Source of the DNA: Paraspadella gotoi
Taxonomy: Eukaryota; Animalia; Chaetognatha
Reading direction: 5' to 3'
Length of the DNA: 64,000 bases
Assembly (NCBI GenBank): GCA_051294375.1
Contig: CM119265.1
Location: 6,457,489-6,521,488, forward strand
The notes beneath the pieces were generated by a model. The model made no database searches, was not told the DNA's origin, and was given only the letters and a program-made list of their open reading frames with translations. The position numbers and the translations under genes were made by a program. Shown here piece after piece: positions 1 through 14,000 of this stretch. The first letter of the stretch is position 1; each line of letters begins with the position of its first letter.

Positions 1-255
1 CCCCCCCCTCTCTCTCTCTCTTTCACCAGTTTAAAATTTACTTTCTCTCTCTTTCCCTGACCTCATCTTCACCTGTCCTCACATCTAACCACTATCCTTT
101 TCTCAATTCTTTGTTGGAAACTTTATATCCATCTTTCTCATAGCAAATTAATTAACAAAACCCTAACGTTTTAGTACTTGCTATTGCTTTCCAAATAGTT
201 CATCGCCCTTAATAATTACAAAAAAAGAAGTTCGATACGCCGATACAAAGCAAAC

Positions 256-1155
256 CTGATGAAATGCGAGAATGTCGTCAAGATTCCCGCCAAGTTTGGA
301 AACTTCCTCCGAACTCAAGTTTCTCGCAAAACTCGTTAAAGGTGAACCAAGAGGCAGTGATGTTGACATGATTACATCAGCAACGTCAGCTGGGAAAGAA
401 CCAGGTTTTAGAAACAAATTACTAAATATGATTATAACCAATTAATACGAGAGATCGGATCAGAAAGAAAAAAAAAATGTAAAGCATTATTACATGCCAC
501 GTGGTTGTTGGGCAGCGACGAACTGACTTCGCCGAGCTTTTCCTCCGCTCCACTCCCGCATCGAAGCCTCAGTGGGATGAGCACCGAGGATATCAGAGCG
601 CGCATGTCGGCGACGAAGGCGGCCTCCGAGTCTATGATGTTATCGAGGACGACGTTGTGATAAAGGATCATGCTCTCGCGTTTGCGCGTCGGAAAATCTT
701 TGAGTTGATGAGAAGCGGCGTCGTTCTGCACGGCCGAAGTGGCCAAGGAGGAGGCCAGGCCGACTGAGTCATCGTCACCAACCGCGCCGCCCGGATCCTT
801 CGCAGCATGTCCATTCACTTGCGTCTCTTCGACGACGGGAAGAGACCCGACCGAAGCACTCGAGCAAGAAGCTACGGCGCCAGTAGGAGTCACGTAGTTT
901 GAAGGAAACCAACCGGTTTTGCCGTTGAAGCTTCCCTCCCACCATCCACCGTCGATTTGTTGAGTCACGGTGATAACATCGCCTTGGATGGGAGGACAGA
1001 TAAAGATAAATGGTAACAAGAACCAGACCATCAATGTAATTCTCTATACGTATAGGAAAATTTCCCAGCTTGCCTTTTTTAAAATTTAGTTCGTCGTTGT
1101 TCATGCCCCGGAACCGAAAGTTTGCTCGGACTAGAATGGGCGACGGTGTCGCCAT
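256..1155 (-). CDS. ARHGEF7: Rho GEF beta-PIX/ARHGEF7-like, 5' part (SH3 plus start of DH domain); continues off the left edge
   Basis: Exon 1155-1074 spliced to exon 982-~480 gives [58 protein letters not shown] (PIX-type SH3), followed by [17 protein letters not shown] (DH start). Exon ~390-256 encodes [13 protein letters not shown]. Confidence 0.85.
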
Positions 1156-1479
1156 ATTTTTAATGGAGATGAGAATTTGAAATAAGATTAAAATGTTTTC
1201 TTTGCGAAACTTTCAAAAATTCCAGTTTTTTGTCTCGGTTCAAATAAGGCAGAAATCAAATTTTTAACCTGTTCCATCTAAAGAAAACAAAACCATTTTG
1301 AAAGTAAATTAAAATATCTCAAGAGAAGTCTCTCTTTCACACAAAAACGAAAAAGAAAAACAAAAAATAATCAGAACTACTAGTCGGGCAAAAAACTACT
1401 AACGAAAAAAAAAAATCTAACATTTGAATCGAATTCTTCATCCTCGATAACTCAAGACTCGTGAGTGGAAAATACTGAT

Positions 1480-4400
1480 CTATGAATGAAGGGCAAAGCC
1501 TGCTTGCACAAGGCGATCGGCGACCAAATTGGCGACTTCTTGTGTTCCAAGGCGAACGCGGTGAATCAGCCCATCCGCTGTTTTTTTGACAGAGTTGCAC
1601 CGTAAAACCAAATTATCTGCAGAAGAGATAGTAAAAGTGGGTTTTAAGGTCCTATCTTCAGAGAAAAAAAAACCCTTGTCCAAACCTTGTTCTTCACAAA
1701 TAGACAACATCGAATCGGCCGCGCTGTCCTGCCAATCGCCATTAGCACGAATTCCATCTAGCATGCAGTGAAACGCCAACGGACGAATATCAGCGAGAAC
1801 TGGTGGCAGTTTTCGAACACATTCCTGTCGACCGAAAAGAGATGGGTTAATGAGGAACCTCGAGATTTGATTAGGACCAAGTCTTACCGGTTTTAACGGC
1901 ATTTCCTCCACATTTCCAAAGTCAATAAATCTGATTTCGACGATTCTGCGGTCTCCTTTAGTCCTTATTCCCTGAACTTCGCCGCGATACCATTTACCGT
2001 CTTCCGAGAACTTGGCGGCGCACATGTCACACACGTCGACTTCCTTCAACTCGTCAAAACCAGTCGCTTCTACCAAAATCGAGTCCATGATCGCTAATTG
2101 ATTCTCGTCGGCTTGCGAACAGACGTAGAAACGAGAAGGGGATTCTACGAACAAAAGTTCTACGATAGTCGGATCTTCGACGGAAAGCTTCGGCGCGAAG
2201 CCGACTAACGGCTTCGCGAGTTGAAGAATCTTAGAAGCCAAAGAAAGGGCGGGAACTTTGGGATTGTCAGTCGACGCCTGCTTGGACTGTGGAGAGTCGC
2301 TTAGAATGGTCACGTATTTATCCGGCGCCACCGGGGCTTTCTGATCGACGCTAGGCTTTTCTGAACTCTTTCGTTCAGAAAATGAATTGGAGGCCACGAA
2401 TGGTTCCGCAGCCTTCTGATTGTCGGTCTGCATTGAACCCTCGGGCTCGTTGGATTTTTGCTCCACTCCACCGGCGTTCGCCTGTTGTTTCTTTGTAAGA
2501 ACCGCCAAAGCATCTTTCCCTTCCGAATCGAGTAGTTGAACGAAACAGGAAGCCTCATCCTTCAATATGGCTGTGTAAATTATGTCTTCGTCAAAGATTT
2601 CCTAAGAAATTAAATAATTTTACTCGTGGTCTGGTTTCTTAGTCTTTAACGGTAGGTTTTTAACCTCTACTTCGCCATTCCCGACGGACGTTAAATTAGC
2701 GAGCAAGCTGTATGGCCCCACGGCGTATCCTGGATTGACGAGAGGATCGAAAAGAGCCGAGTTTGCATCTCCTTCTTCCGGAAGACGGAAGATGTCGTCA
2801 ACGACGACGCCACGCTCGACGTTTCCGAAGTCGATGAAGAGTATGTCGACGACGGGACGTTGGCCGGTCTCGAGGCGGGGATCCGTCAGCAGCCTGGGCA
2901 AAAAAAAAAATGACAAAGAGGTCAGTGAAAAGCAAAGACGCGAGAAATAGAATGAGAGATGATCCATTCACTTTTTTTTAAAAATGCAAAACAAAGTTAT
3001 TTCACGAAAAGACAGATCATTTTTGTTTTTCTATAAAATCTTAAAAACGGGAACGGCTAGTATGTCTTTGACTTTCACTGAATAAAGAATGGGAACACTG
3101 ATCACTAGTATTCACTCCTAATATTTTTAAGCACGGATAAAAAGGCAAAAAAGTATTCACGCCGAGAAACTTTGAATATTATTTCTTGCGACCCCTTGTC
3201 CCTCAATAATTCGGACAAAACACTCGGGTTAGGGCGTCGAAAAAAACTTAAAATCTTCTGGCCCTTGATCGCATTCGACAACTAATTTCTAGAAGGGAAA
3301 ATAAGCACAAAGTAGCGGAAGGGGAAAGGAAAGAGATGGTGAAAGAAAATCACTATGACAAGTAAGTAATGCGAATTATAATATAATCGATTACGTCTGG
3401 CGTTTTAGACGAACTTTAGGGGGGACAAAAAAAAAAAAAAAAAATCCCCCATCCGAGGCCAAAATACTGAACCCCATTTGGACGGGAGAGACGGAGGATC
3501 GATGATGAGAGGATTCAAGTAGAAAGAGATCGAGGGATAAAAAAGAGAAAATATTACTGCCTAAAAATAGAATTCGTTTACGCACGGTACTTGAAAACGA
3601 CGTAACAAACTACATGTGTTATTTTTTGTTAATTTTTTTTATACGCGACATCAAAGGCGAGAAAATTTACGAAGAGAATACGGGTGGTTCTTTTTCTTTT
3701 TTTTTTTATAGCGTCGCGCGACCCATCCAGACTTTACGACCATGTTTACTATAATTATCTAAACGTCAAGCCTTTTCAATTTGTCAATAGTTTTTGAATT
3801 GCCGCATTTATTCGGCCTTTATGCTCGTTCGCGCACGGGCGCGAATTTGAGGTCAAGGTCTCAAGTCAAAGTCGGAGCCGTCATGGTGGGCGGAGCTCCA
3901 GTGACGCTCGTCATCTCTCCAGAACCGGTGACGGATGTCGGAGGTGAAGCGGCGTTTCCAGGATACGCCACTGTAGCGCCACCCATGGGCGCCAGACGCG
4001 CTTGCTCCTTGACGACGGGATGAAAGTAAGGATGCTCCATAGCCTCGCGAGCGGAGATACGCTCTTGATGATCGTAGCGCAGAAGTTTGTCGAGAAGGTC
4101 CAGCGCCTCCACGGAGACGAGATGCTGATTCTCCGAGTGGACGAACCTCTCCCAACGCTTCCTCGAGTGGCGACCGAGAATGTCATTGAAGCGAGGGTCG
4201 AGTTCGATGCGGTATTTGTCTATGTACTCGTGCAGCTCCTCCGTTCCCAACACCTTGGCGATGCGCACCAGCTGATCGTAATTGTCGTGTCCGTGGAAGA
4301 ACGGCTCCTTGCGAAATATCATAGACGCGAGCATGCAGCCCAGCGACCACATGTCCAACGAGTAGTCGTAGTACTGGTAGTCGACGAGCAGCTCGGGGCC

Positions 4401-7400
4401 TTTGAAGTAACGAGAGGCGACGCGGACATTGTACTCTTGATCAGGATGATAAAACTCCGCCAATCCCCAGTCGATGAGGCGCAATTTTCGGTTTTCGTGG
4501 TCGATCATGACGTTGTGAGGCTTCACGTCCCGGTGCATAATTCCCATCGAGTGGCAATAATCGAGCGCCTTGAGCAGTTCGAAGAGGTAATACCGGATAT
4601 CGTGATCGGTGAGCGTCTGGTACAACTGCTTAAAGTCAGTGTTGTTGACGTGCTCGAACGTGAGGGCCGGGGTGCGCGAGATTGGATCCTTGACAATGTC
4701 GAGCAGAGTGATGATGTTGGGTCCTCCGCGCAGGTTCTGCAGGATCTTGATCTCGCGTCGAATCTTTTTCTTCTTGACGGGCTTGAGAATTTTAATGACG
4801 GCCTTGTCGTTGTTGGTAATGTTGATGGCGTCAAAGACTTCGCTATATTTCCCGCGTCCCAGTTTGCGAACGATCTGATTGAGATGATGGTTAGTTTTTC
4901 AATACTTGTTGATAACTAATTATCATTATCTCGCGTCTACCTGATAGTCATCTTGATTTCCCCACTCGACGACGTGGGATTCGTAATCCCAATAGTCCCG
5001 CGATCTGTTGGTATTGGCGTCCGCGTACACGCGGGACTTGGATGGCAACGCCATCAACGGAGACAGCTGAGACGAGCAACGGCGGATGACGGTCAAGCCG
5101 TTTAGCATCCGATGGTAACGTCTTTATTTTTTTATCTAAACGTGTCGTTTTTCAATCTTTGGTTCTAAGATATTAAACAACAATAAAAATAATAACTAAA
5201 TAAAAGAGTAACACGTACTCTGAGACTCGAACAACTTATCATACAGTGGGCGAGAAAGGTTTTTTTTTTTTCTCAAACACTTCGCCGTCACAAATTAATC
5301 TTAATCGATCTAAAATGAACGTGTTTTTTCGAAGGTGCAGACTTTAAGGGCTTCACCTTCCCCACTCCCCTACCCTTCCCCTTTTCGTCCTCCTCATCGC
5401 CTCCTTCCTCTTCCTCCTCAAATCCATGGTGCATCCGGGAAGAGTTTCATTCAAATCATAAAGAGAATCATCTCGTCGGCCTTCAGAGTCCCATAGTGGT
5501 AGCCGAACAGAAGAACATCGCCCCACTCCGTTTAAATCACTTTGTTTCGGAACAGTTTTTTTTCTTCATTATTATCAGTATTATACGTACGAAGTTTTTA
5601 AATATATAATTAAATCTGTCAAAGAATGAAATACAACAAATAGCTATCATAAAATAACGTGGTCCCCTTGACCCAAGAAATCACCTGCATCTGTAAGGCA
5701 TTCCGTCCTCAGCGAAGATGCTGCATCCAAAGTCTCCCTTCTTAGGTTGCGACAGGGGACGGCAATTTGACGGGATTGCATAGTAGTGATCGACGGCGTT
5801 AAGCAGCGATCGACATTTCCCACTAAAGTGAACGAGAGGAGGGAAGGGCAATAATAATCGTAGGGTAAAGACTAAAGAGTTGCCCCGACCTTGATCGCGG
5901 CGACGACTTACCCGAGTTCCATCAGGTGAAAGTAAACTCTTTGGCACGATTCCGAAAAGACGACGTTGACTTTGGTGGCCTCTCCCGCCGTCAGTTTATG
6001 TTTCGACGGGGCAATGGAGCGCGGAGGGCTTGCCGGTTTGGAGGGAGATTTCTCTTTTACCGGAGAAACGAGTGTCGAACAAGCAAGCGGCTGAGGGGTC
6101 TTGGCCGACGGCGCGATCAAAGACGAGTTTGCGCGCGCGACGAACCTTTCTAACTCGTCGTTAAGGCACTTGCCAGTCGAATCAATCAGCGTCACGTAAC
6201 GGTCGTTGCCCAAGGTGACGGAATAGCTCTCCTTATTTATGACTACAAGCTGAAATCGAAAACAAGGAACGAAACGATTAAGTTAAAGAGACGATTCCAA
6301 AATTATTTTTATAAAAACCTGTGACGTTTCTTTTGCAAGGTCGACAGAGCTTTTTTGAAGAAGACTATAGGGCCCGACGGCAAACGGTGGTAGCTTTTCC
6401 AACTAAAATGGGGAATTTGGGATTCAAACGTTAACTAGACGAATCCTCGTCCCACAACGAACAAGAGTAGGTAGATAGGTACTAACCGCGGGGGGCAACG
6501 CAAAGATCTCGCGTTTGTGGCGTACAATGAATTCGGGATAATCAATGATAAAAAGTTCGAGGTCATCTTCCCCCTTTGATTTCACCACCTGATAGTATTC
6601 AATTTAGAACTGCCATTAGGAACAATTAATTTAAATTAGCTTAAATACGATTTCCATAAGAAATAAAATTCGTTCCACATATATTTCTAATAGTCAGAAC
6701 TCTAATAATATATAATAAAGATAATCTACTAATGTACTAACTTGGCATCGGTAAAATGCTTCGTGGTGCTGGGTCATCCCCACATCCCCAACTAATGGGT
6801 ACTCCAATGCCTGAAGATTGTTTTGATCTTCACAAAATTCAGCGACGGTTTCGGTGAAAGCATTAAAAGCTTCATCGTTGCTGTAAATAGAAAATTTGAA
6901 AAATGCATTTTCAAATATAATATCTTTAACTCATTTCTGTAAGTATAATTCAAATAATTCAAACCTTTCTAAATGAAAATAAGCTTGGTCGTAAGTCTGG
7001 CAGCTACAGCAGAAAGCCTTAGTCGGCTTGTTCAACAGGAAATCGCGAACTGAATCGGGCGACAAAGCGGGTCCCGCAACTTTTAGTGGGACGGGTTCAA
7101 CGGGTGAACCAATCTTCCGGGCCGATGTCACATCTTTATTTGATTGAACTTTGTTTCTGGTCAAGTTTGTTGACACGTCTACACCGTCCAACGTCGTCAA
7201 GCGGACAAGGAAGGGTTCCTGATTAAACCATATGGACCATACGACAATACGGAGAGATCATCATCGCGACATTTAAAAACAAATTAGTGGAGTTCACTTT
7301 ATTTAAATTGGGCTTACCGTTTCAGAAAGGAAGTTTATTTTCACGTCTTTTTCGGCAAATTCGGAAAGGAGTGTGTCGGCGCTGTCCGCCCACTCCCGAT

Positions 7401-9700
7401 CCGGCCCTTTCATTAATCGACATGGAAAAGCGAACGGCGCCGGAGAGACGAATTCTGGCGACAGACGATAAACTGCAAGAGGTAACGAAGCAAATTAGTT
7501 TTTCGCCGCATCTCGATACTCTTGACATAGTAGAATTGCTGACCTTCGGAGACGCTTGCGGAAAAACAGTTGCCATAGTCTACGAAGAGAATTGTGACGA
7601 CGTCGGTAATACATTTAACGATTCCACGGTACCTAAAAGCGAACGTTCTGATAAATGATTAGGCAAAAAGCTAATAAACCTTATTAGAATACAAACCAGA
7701 GCTCATCGGGGGGAAAATATGTTGCGACAAGGTCAGCGACGACAGGGACGTATCCAGAGTCTTTTAGCTCGAGCTTATGCTTCTCATAGTGATCACTCAT
7801 TTTCTCGACAAAATTGATGATGCGGTCCTGATCTTCCGATTTCTGTTTATTGAGATTGAATGTTATTAACATTGTTAAGACTGTACAGTATACACGGATT
7901 TAAAATGGAAGTGAAATGAAAAAATTAAATACTCTGGCTAAATCATTAGTTATTGCGACTTCAGATTTTGCACCCAGATAAAAAAATTGTTAACGTTTTT
8001 TTATTTTTCAACTCCCAGTAGTCCAGCTTGCTTAATTTTTTAGTTATATTAGATATCTACTATGAAATTAAAATCAAAAGGGGCGGGGATATATAGTCTT
8101 TTTGCATCCTACCTGAATCTTATTTTAAAAATAAAGTCTTAAAATTTTTTTTAGCATTTCCTATCTATAAATAAATATTTAAAATTAATATATAGGGTAT
8201 AGAGTCATGTTAAAAGTACTCGCAGCGCAACGAAAAATGGTCCTGCTAGTTGTAATAATGTAAAGTATTCTCAATTTGTTTTATATGAACATAAACGTGA
8301 GGGAATTTTCAAAGTAATGATCAAATATCTATCATAGTCAGTGAAGAGTTTTAACAACTTTTCATTTCAGTCCCATTTGAAATCCGTATAAGTCGAGTAG
8401 TAATCCTAATCGCTCGCTTTTACCTGAACGTAAAAAAGGTCTACCGAGCCTTCAACCAGATAAACTAGGGAGTTTTCTTCTAAAATCGCGATGCGAGAAA
8501 AGCTCTTTGGAATCGGAACGGATTGGAAATCTGGCATTGAAGTTCCGAGAGGAATTAAATCGCGAGTTTCGCTTGTTGGTACCAATCTAATAATTAAAAG
8601 CACACGTTTTCAACGATAGATCAATTCGCGGAAGGACAGATCAACGCGCACCTGTCGGTGTCTTCTTCATTCTCCAGGAGATCATTTTCGTCTTCACAAT
8701 CTGTACCATGTATGATCTCAGCTTCGTATTGATTATTCTCCTCATCGAACTTGTGCACAAGAAGGTTCGCTCTTGGCGTCTGCTTCAAGTATTCCATATC
8801 GGTAGCTCCATCGCTACCCTCGCACAGTCGCATGGGTACGGCGAACGGCGGAATACTGGCGAAGCCGCGCGGAATGGCGCAAAGGTCGACAACCGAAAGC
8901 TGCGATTCATTTCCGTAGTCGATAAAGTAAACTGAGACGCTTTTCTCGGAATGAATCATCCTCACAATTGCGCGGCACCAATCGTCTGCCGGAAAATTAA
9001 ATTCGCAAGACTTCAAGTCGGTCATACCTTGGAATCCTCTCATTCTGGACGACTCACCTTCGTATTTGGCCATCACCAGTATTCCTTTCCGCAGGTCCGG
9101 CAGCTTGGCCTCAGAGGCGACCGAAAGGGCCAAATCGGCCGTCAATTCTTCCAACCCCTCGATAGTTTCTATGAGATGGACAAAAATTCGGCGTGGGCTC
9201 TCAACCCAACAGGGCACGCACGCGACGACGCTTCCCGGTTTAATCGCCACGGCTGTGACGGTCGTCACGCTAGGACAATCATCCGGAAACCCGATTTTTC
9301 CGCCTTCGATGAGATTAAAAGGCGCACCGCCTTTGCAGGGAACAAACTCAGGAGTGAGCGGATTGAGCTCTGCCGATTCGTCGACCGTTCCCCGGTCCGC
9401 GATGGCGTTTTTTCGGATGATGATGCTTTGAGGATCTTCGGCGGAGCGAAACACACTGTAAGTGTGATCGTCAAACCACCTGACGAACTGAGATATTTTC
9501 TCGTACATGGATTCAAGCTCCATGTTCGTGTATTTGTTAATTTGGTTGGTAGGAAAAATGATCTGAAAATAGTTAGTATTACGAAGGAAAAGAATAAATA
9601 TGGTAAAAAAACATCAGCAGTGAGCTTGAATCATCGATGAAACTAAATCAAAGAAGTACATGTAACTATGAATTCTTCCAGTAACACAGTCTCTTCATCG
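1480..9700 (-). CDS. Multi-exon protein with about five extended Tudor domains (TDRD1/6/15-like, germline/piRNA type); 5' end unresolved, may extend to ~10800
   Basis: Repeated eTudor motifs: [24 protein letters not shown] (~9200-8800); [23 protein letters not shown] (~7750-7560); AFYRCQ..LFIIDYP (~6780-6500); [14 protein letters not shown]/..ILFIDFGN (5750-5685 joined to 2893-2700); [27 protein letters not shown] (2170-1900). Stop at 1480. Confidence 0.85.
3861..5054 (-). CDS. CSNK2A1: Casein kinase II catalytic subunit alpha, 375 aa, two coding exons (5054-4941, 4874-3861)
   Basis: [86 protein letters not shown] are CK2-alpha hallmarks. One GT-AG phase-0 intron at 4940-4875. Confidence 0.97.
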
Positions 9701-11046
9701 CTAGGTACTGCAATTAACATCCAAGGTCAAGTCAAATCTATTATGAAAACCGGATCTTAACAGAATCACATTGGAAAAGAAGGCGAGTTTGGAGATTTTG
9801 AAAGTGAAGCAAATTTGTATGTTTTCATCGTGATTTTCTTCGTTGCTAGAGAAGACAAAATATTCAAAAGTAATCAAAATGTCAGGTCAATGGTAAAAAT
9901 TTACAGAACAGTATATATACACACACAAGTCTGTAAAACCGAAATGCTTTTATTAAAACTAGTGTAGCTTTGATAAAATCTCTAGATTAGGGAAGAAATA
10001 GAGGATGAAGAGTCGGCGAAAATCCAGAAATTGACACGAAATTTAAGAACTTATCAAGCGTCAAAAAATAAACGTTTCCCCTCTACGTTCACAGTAATTT
10101 AGTAACTCAGGAGGTGGAAATGAACAGATTTACACAATGCGGGAGTCAAATTGCAATAACTCCCCATGGGTAAGCTGTATCTTATCAAAACGTTTAGTAG
10201 TTTTTAAGGAATGTTTGCATTTTACCTCATACTTCCGCCATCTTTCGGGTATACAATTTAGCTGATATCTTGAAATCGATTCCCACCTAAATGCCACAGC
10301 CAATTTTAAAAACACAATCGTCATGCAGTGGGAAGGAATTTTTTGACGAGCATTTAATATTTTGTGTCAATTTTTACTGTGTTCAGCGTGCTCAACAATA
10401 CCACACGCCCAAACTTTTCGAGATGATTTTTTGAGTCATACAATAAAATAAATTATAAATTGAATGGCTTTAACATTAAGGTAAATGAAAAAAAAATTGT
10501 ATGAATTTTATGCTAATTAATAAACTTATGCGTAGGTAGAATTAAATATATAAGACTATCGTATCGAATATCTTAACCCAAAAAACTTACTCAAATTAAA
10601 AGTTAACCTAATTGACAAAGTAATTATTTGATAAAATTAATATTTTAACGATACCTAACAGGCGCGAAGCAAAAATCAGGTAGAAGTTGGCGAATAAAAT
10701 TTTCGCAACGATCAAGGGATGCAAAAACCTAGCATGAGAGGGTAACTGAATATTGAATCCGATAATTCGCCATGCCATATCATTGTCACAAGGCGTCATA
10801 GTTCCATCACAGAAAGGGTTAATTTTGAAAATGAAAATCAAAAGTAAAATACTAAGAGTTACGCTCACCGCGTAAAACGTTTCGTTTTCTCTAACTCCTC
10901 GTTAAGTTAAACGTATATAGTGAAAAACAATACTTTCTATACCTATACATTTAATAATTTCAATAATCGAAATAGGCGACAATTTGAGGAGTAACAAAAA
11001 GCATCAAAATTTGTTGAAAAAAAAAGGGTCCGCGATGGGTAAGTTT

Positions 11047-14000
11047 TTATCCGGAATTTGCTTGCGGCATCACGAAGGGCTTTACAAGAAAGAGTTTCAC
11101 TTTGCCCCCATCGCCCGTATAGATGGGGGCTTTTTTGTAGTGATCTACAAGTTCCTCGAGAGAAGCAAACCGTCGTGTGCCGATGTTGAAGACGCCGTCG
11201 ACAAACCGGACGCGAAAATGCTTGTTTTTACCTTAATAAAAACGCACGTTTAAGTACTAATAGTTCTTGATAAAACTTAAGCGGTAAAAATAGTGGAATC
11301 GGAGGAGGAAACGTTTACCAGGCGCTTTGAGGGAAACGGAGTAATCTCCGACATTAGTCTCGCTGTCTCTTATCGCGAAATCCCCATCGACGCCGTATCG
11401 ATTGAGCATTTCGTCGCAGTCATGACGCTTTATCGTTCCATAGTACCACTCCTTTGACGCGAAAGGACCAGTCAGTCCTGAGATAAAACAAAATAAATTC
11501 TTTCAAAGCTCGAGGGGTATTGAAGAAATAGAAGGAAAATAATGGTATATTTCGCGAAGAGTAGAAACGAGAGAATGTATCGCTAGACAAAATATACTGA
11601 GGGGCAGGAGGAGGAAAGAAGAATAAGAGGAAGAGGAGAATTGGACGGCAGGCTAAATCCTCCTCTGCAAAGCGTGGTTCATATTAAGAATTCTTTGAAG
11701 GATTTACAAGCGCATTTATATTTACCGTATTCAACACTTACAATCAGACATTTAAAACTTTTGACCATTTATTTTTTAATGACTCCGAGAGTCGGCAATT
11801 GCAAACCAAATTAACCTTGTCTATAGTACAAGGCGGTTATCGCGGACTGATCAGCGCTGGAAGTGTCGTCGGAGGCTCGCCCAGTGGAACTCGTAGTGTT
11901 ATGATTCTGTCCACCAATCAATTGACTGAAAAGAAAACACAAATGACAAGGTAAATGAAGTCGGATTCTTCTTCATTTTATCAATCGCCGTACCTCGTGG
12001 AGCTATTGTTCATGAGATGCTGGTCCCCTTGCGAGACGGTGGAATTATTGAGTGCGTCGTCCTCGACGACCTCGACGTAGTTGCGCGGAACAAGGCCGAT
12101 CTCGCCTCGGGCGTTGCGAGCGCGCCACCATTCGGGATCGTTGGCCGGTTTTTCAACGATTTCCAACCTGATGAGGATTGAGGAAGTTATTAAAATAAAA
12201 GAGAAGCAGCAGCAGCCGGGTATCTCAAAAGGGATACTAACTTTTCCCCGTGATGAAAAGACAGTTCTTCCTCGTTTTGAGCGCGGAATGGGTAAAGGGT
12301 TTGGACAATGTGAAGCACGTCGGAATCGCCGTGAGAGTCGTACAACCGACCATCAGCGTGTATGAACTGAAAAAAAAAAAGAGCGAGCCAGTTTATTGAC
12401 AAAATCTGCACAGGGGACAGCCGGAGAAAAAAAACTGAAGAACGAACCTGAGGCGTGGTCGTTTTGTTGTTCTGTTGATTCGTTGGCGTCGGAGGTAAAG
12501 CTCCAAATCCCCGCGAGGGACCTTTCGAACAAAATAACATTACTTTAGAGTAAGTATCAAAATCGTTAACTCAAACAGCAATCAAGAACATGTGACTAGA
12601 ATTTTCATTCAGGATCGTCTTTCACTCACTCTCCTGTCCCATTCCGGGAGGAAAGGTGGTCGGTGACGAAGGCGTGGAAGAAGCGAGGCCGACTTTGGAA
12701 GAATTGGCGTTGGTGGTGGTGGCGGTTGTCTGGCCGGCGGAGACGAAAGGGCTTCCGGTCGAAGGAATGGCTAAATCAAAATTTTATCTTTAGTATTGTG
12801 GCAGTAAATTCACACTGCCTGACAGCCAGCCTCATTCAGCCAATCGAATTGCCTCAGAGGGGGAACGCACCATTTTATGCGTTGCGTTCCATTCCACAGT
12901 CCTAAACACTTCCCTCTGTGTTGGCAAAGCGAGAACGTCCTAGGGTAACCGCGCTAGTGGCAGGCGGCGCCACTTAGGGTCGGAAGCCCCTAAAGCATCA
13001 CATGCAACTCGGCTGTTGCTATAAGTGGTAAGCCCTACTAAGGAACACGCAACTTTCTCAGGGTATGCTACCTCAAACGCCTATGTCCTGACAACTTCGG
13101 GTACGCTACGGCAAACTCCTATGCCCCTGGGGTATGCTACGACAAATGCCTATGTCCCACTACAACGCGCTCTGTATCTCTCTCCCACTATAATAGCAGT
13201 TTTCTCACACACCTCTCAGGCCTAGAGAACCTGAGTGATGGCTTGCCCGATAATCCTGTGGCACTAAATTAATTCTGTTTCACATCCAGCATTGACTCAG
13301 GGGGGGAATGCAACATCCCATCTCTAGTAAGTACTTTTATGACAAACTTATTTTATTTCTAAGGCAACAGCTTCAAATTCATACTCGAGAGCTGTGGCGT
13401 GTTGGAGTGCATGTCGTAGAGCTCCTGGACGTAGTTGGAGGGGAACCAGCCGATCTTGCCGGCTCCCGAGTCTCCGCGCCACCACCCGTCGGGACTCTTT
13501 TCCATTATCGTCACAATCGATCCTTTCACCAGAGAGATTTCGTCGTCACGGACCGCGTCGTACTTGTATTTTACTGATAGAAAAAAGGGTAAAAATTTAT
13601 GTTATGAGACGTAGCGAGTCTTAATAATCACACAAATAGTTTAAATATCTACAAATTTTGTTTCGGGTTCTAATTTTTTAGTCTTAACGGCTAATCGGCA
13701 TCCGTCTCACCGATGGCGTTTATGTTGAGGTTGCACTGATTTCCCTCGCTGTTGGTGCTGGCGGAATCGGATCCGCCGGGGTAGCTGCTGTTGCCGCTTT
13801 TATCACCGGCCATCGACGAAGCGACCGGGTTCGCGCCGCCGCCTACTCCGCCGCCGACGCGCTGGGCCTGACTAGAGTCTTCCGAGTGATGCAGCGTGGG
13901 CATTGACGTCGATTTGTCTTTGTCCTTCATCGTCACGAGGTTTTGCTTTATTCGCTTAAAGAAGGAAGCTTTTTCGCGTTTCACGTAGTTGCTAGGTACA

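Larger units (their letters stand above)
12797..13330 (+). mobile_element. Small non-autonomous LTR (TRIM-like) element in an Nck intron: 5' LTR 12797-13023, PBS-like TGG at 13026, ~230 bp internal region, truncated divergent 3' LTR from 13257
   Basis: Starts TGTGGCAG and the LTR ends GTTGCTATA, followed by AG-TGGTAAGCCC. 13257-13313 (tgtggcactaaatt..attgactcaggggggaatgcaac) repeats 12797-12871. Homologous to the solo LTR at 17057-17158 plus 21692-21858. Confidence 0.7.

Noticed and set aside
4002-4919. 305-aa plus-strand ORF
   Set aside because: Antisense shadow of the GC3-rich CK2-alpha exon with no recognisable motifs.
5350-5500. Short acidic or basic ORFs upstream of CK2-alpha
   Set aside because: Under 40 codons, purine-rich low complexity and no splice support; more likely promoter or UTR.
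12808-12842. Minus-strand CUGAAUGA in the twister element as an antisense hammerhead
   Set aside because: The core spacing is wrong and no GAAA follows the putative stem II.
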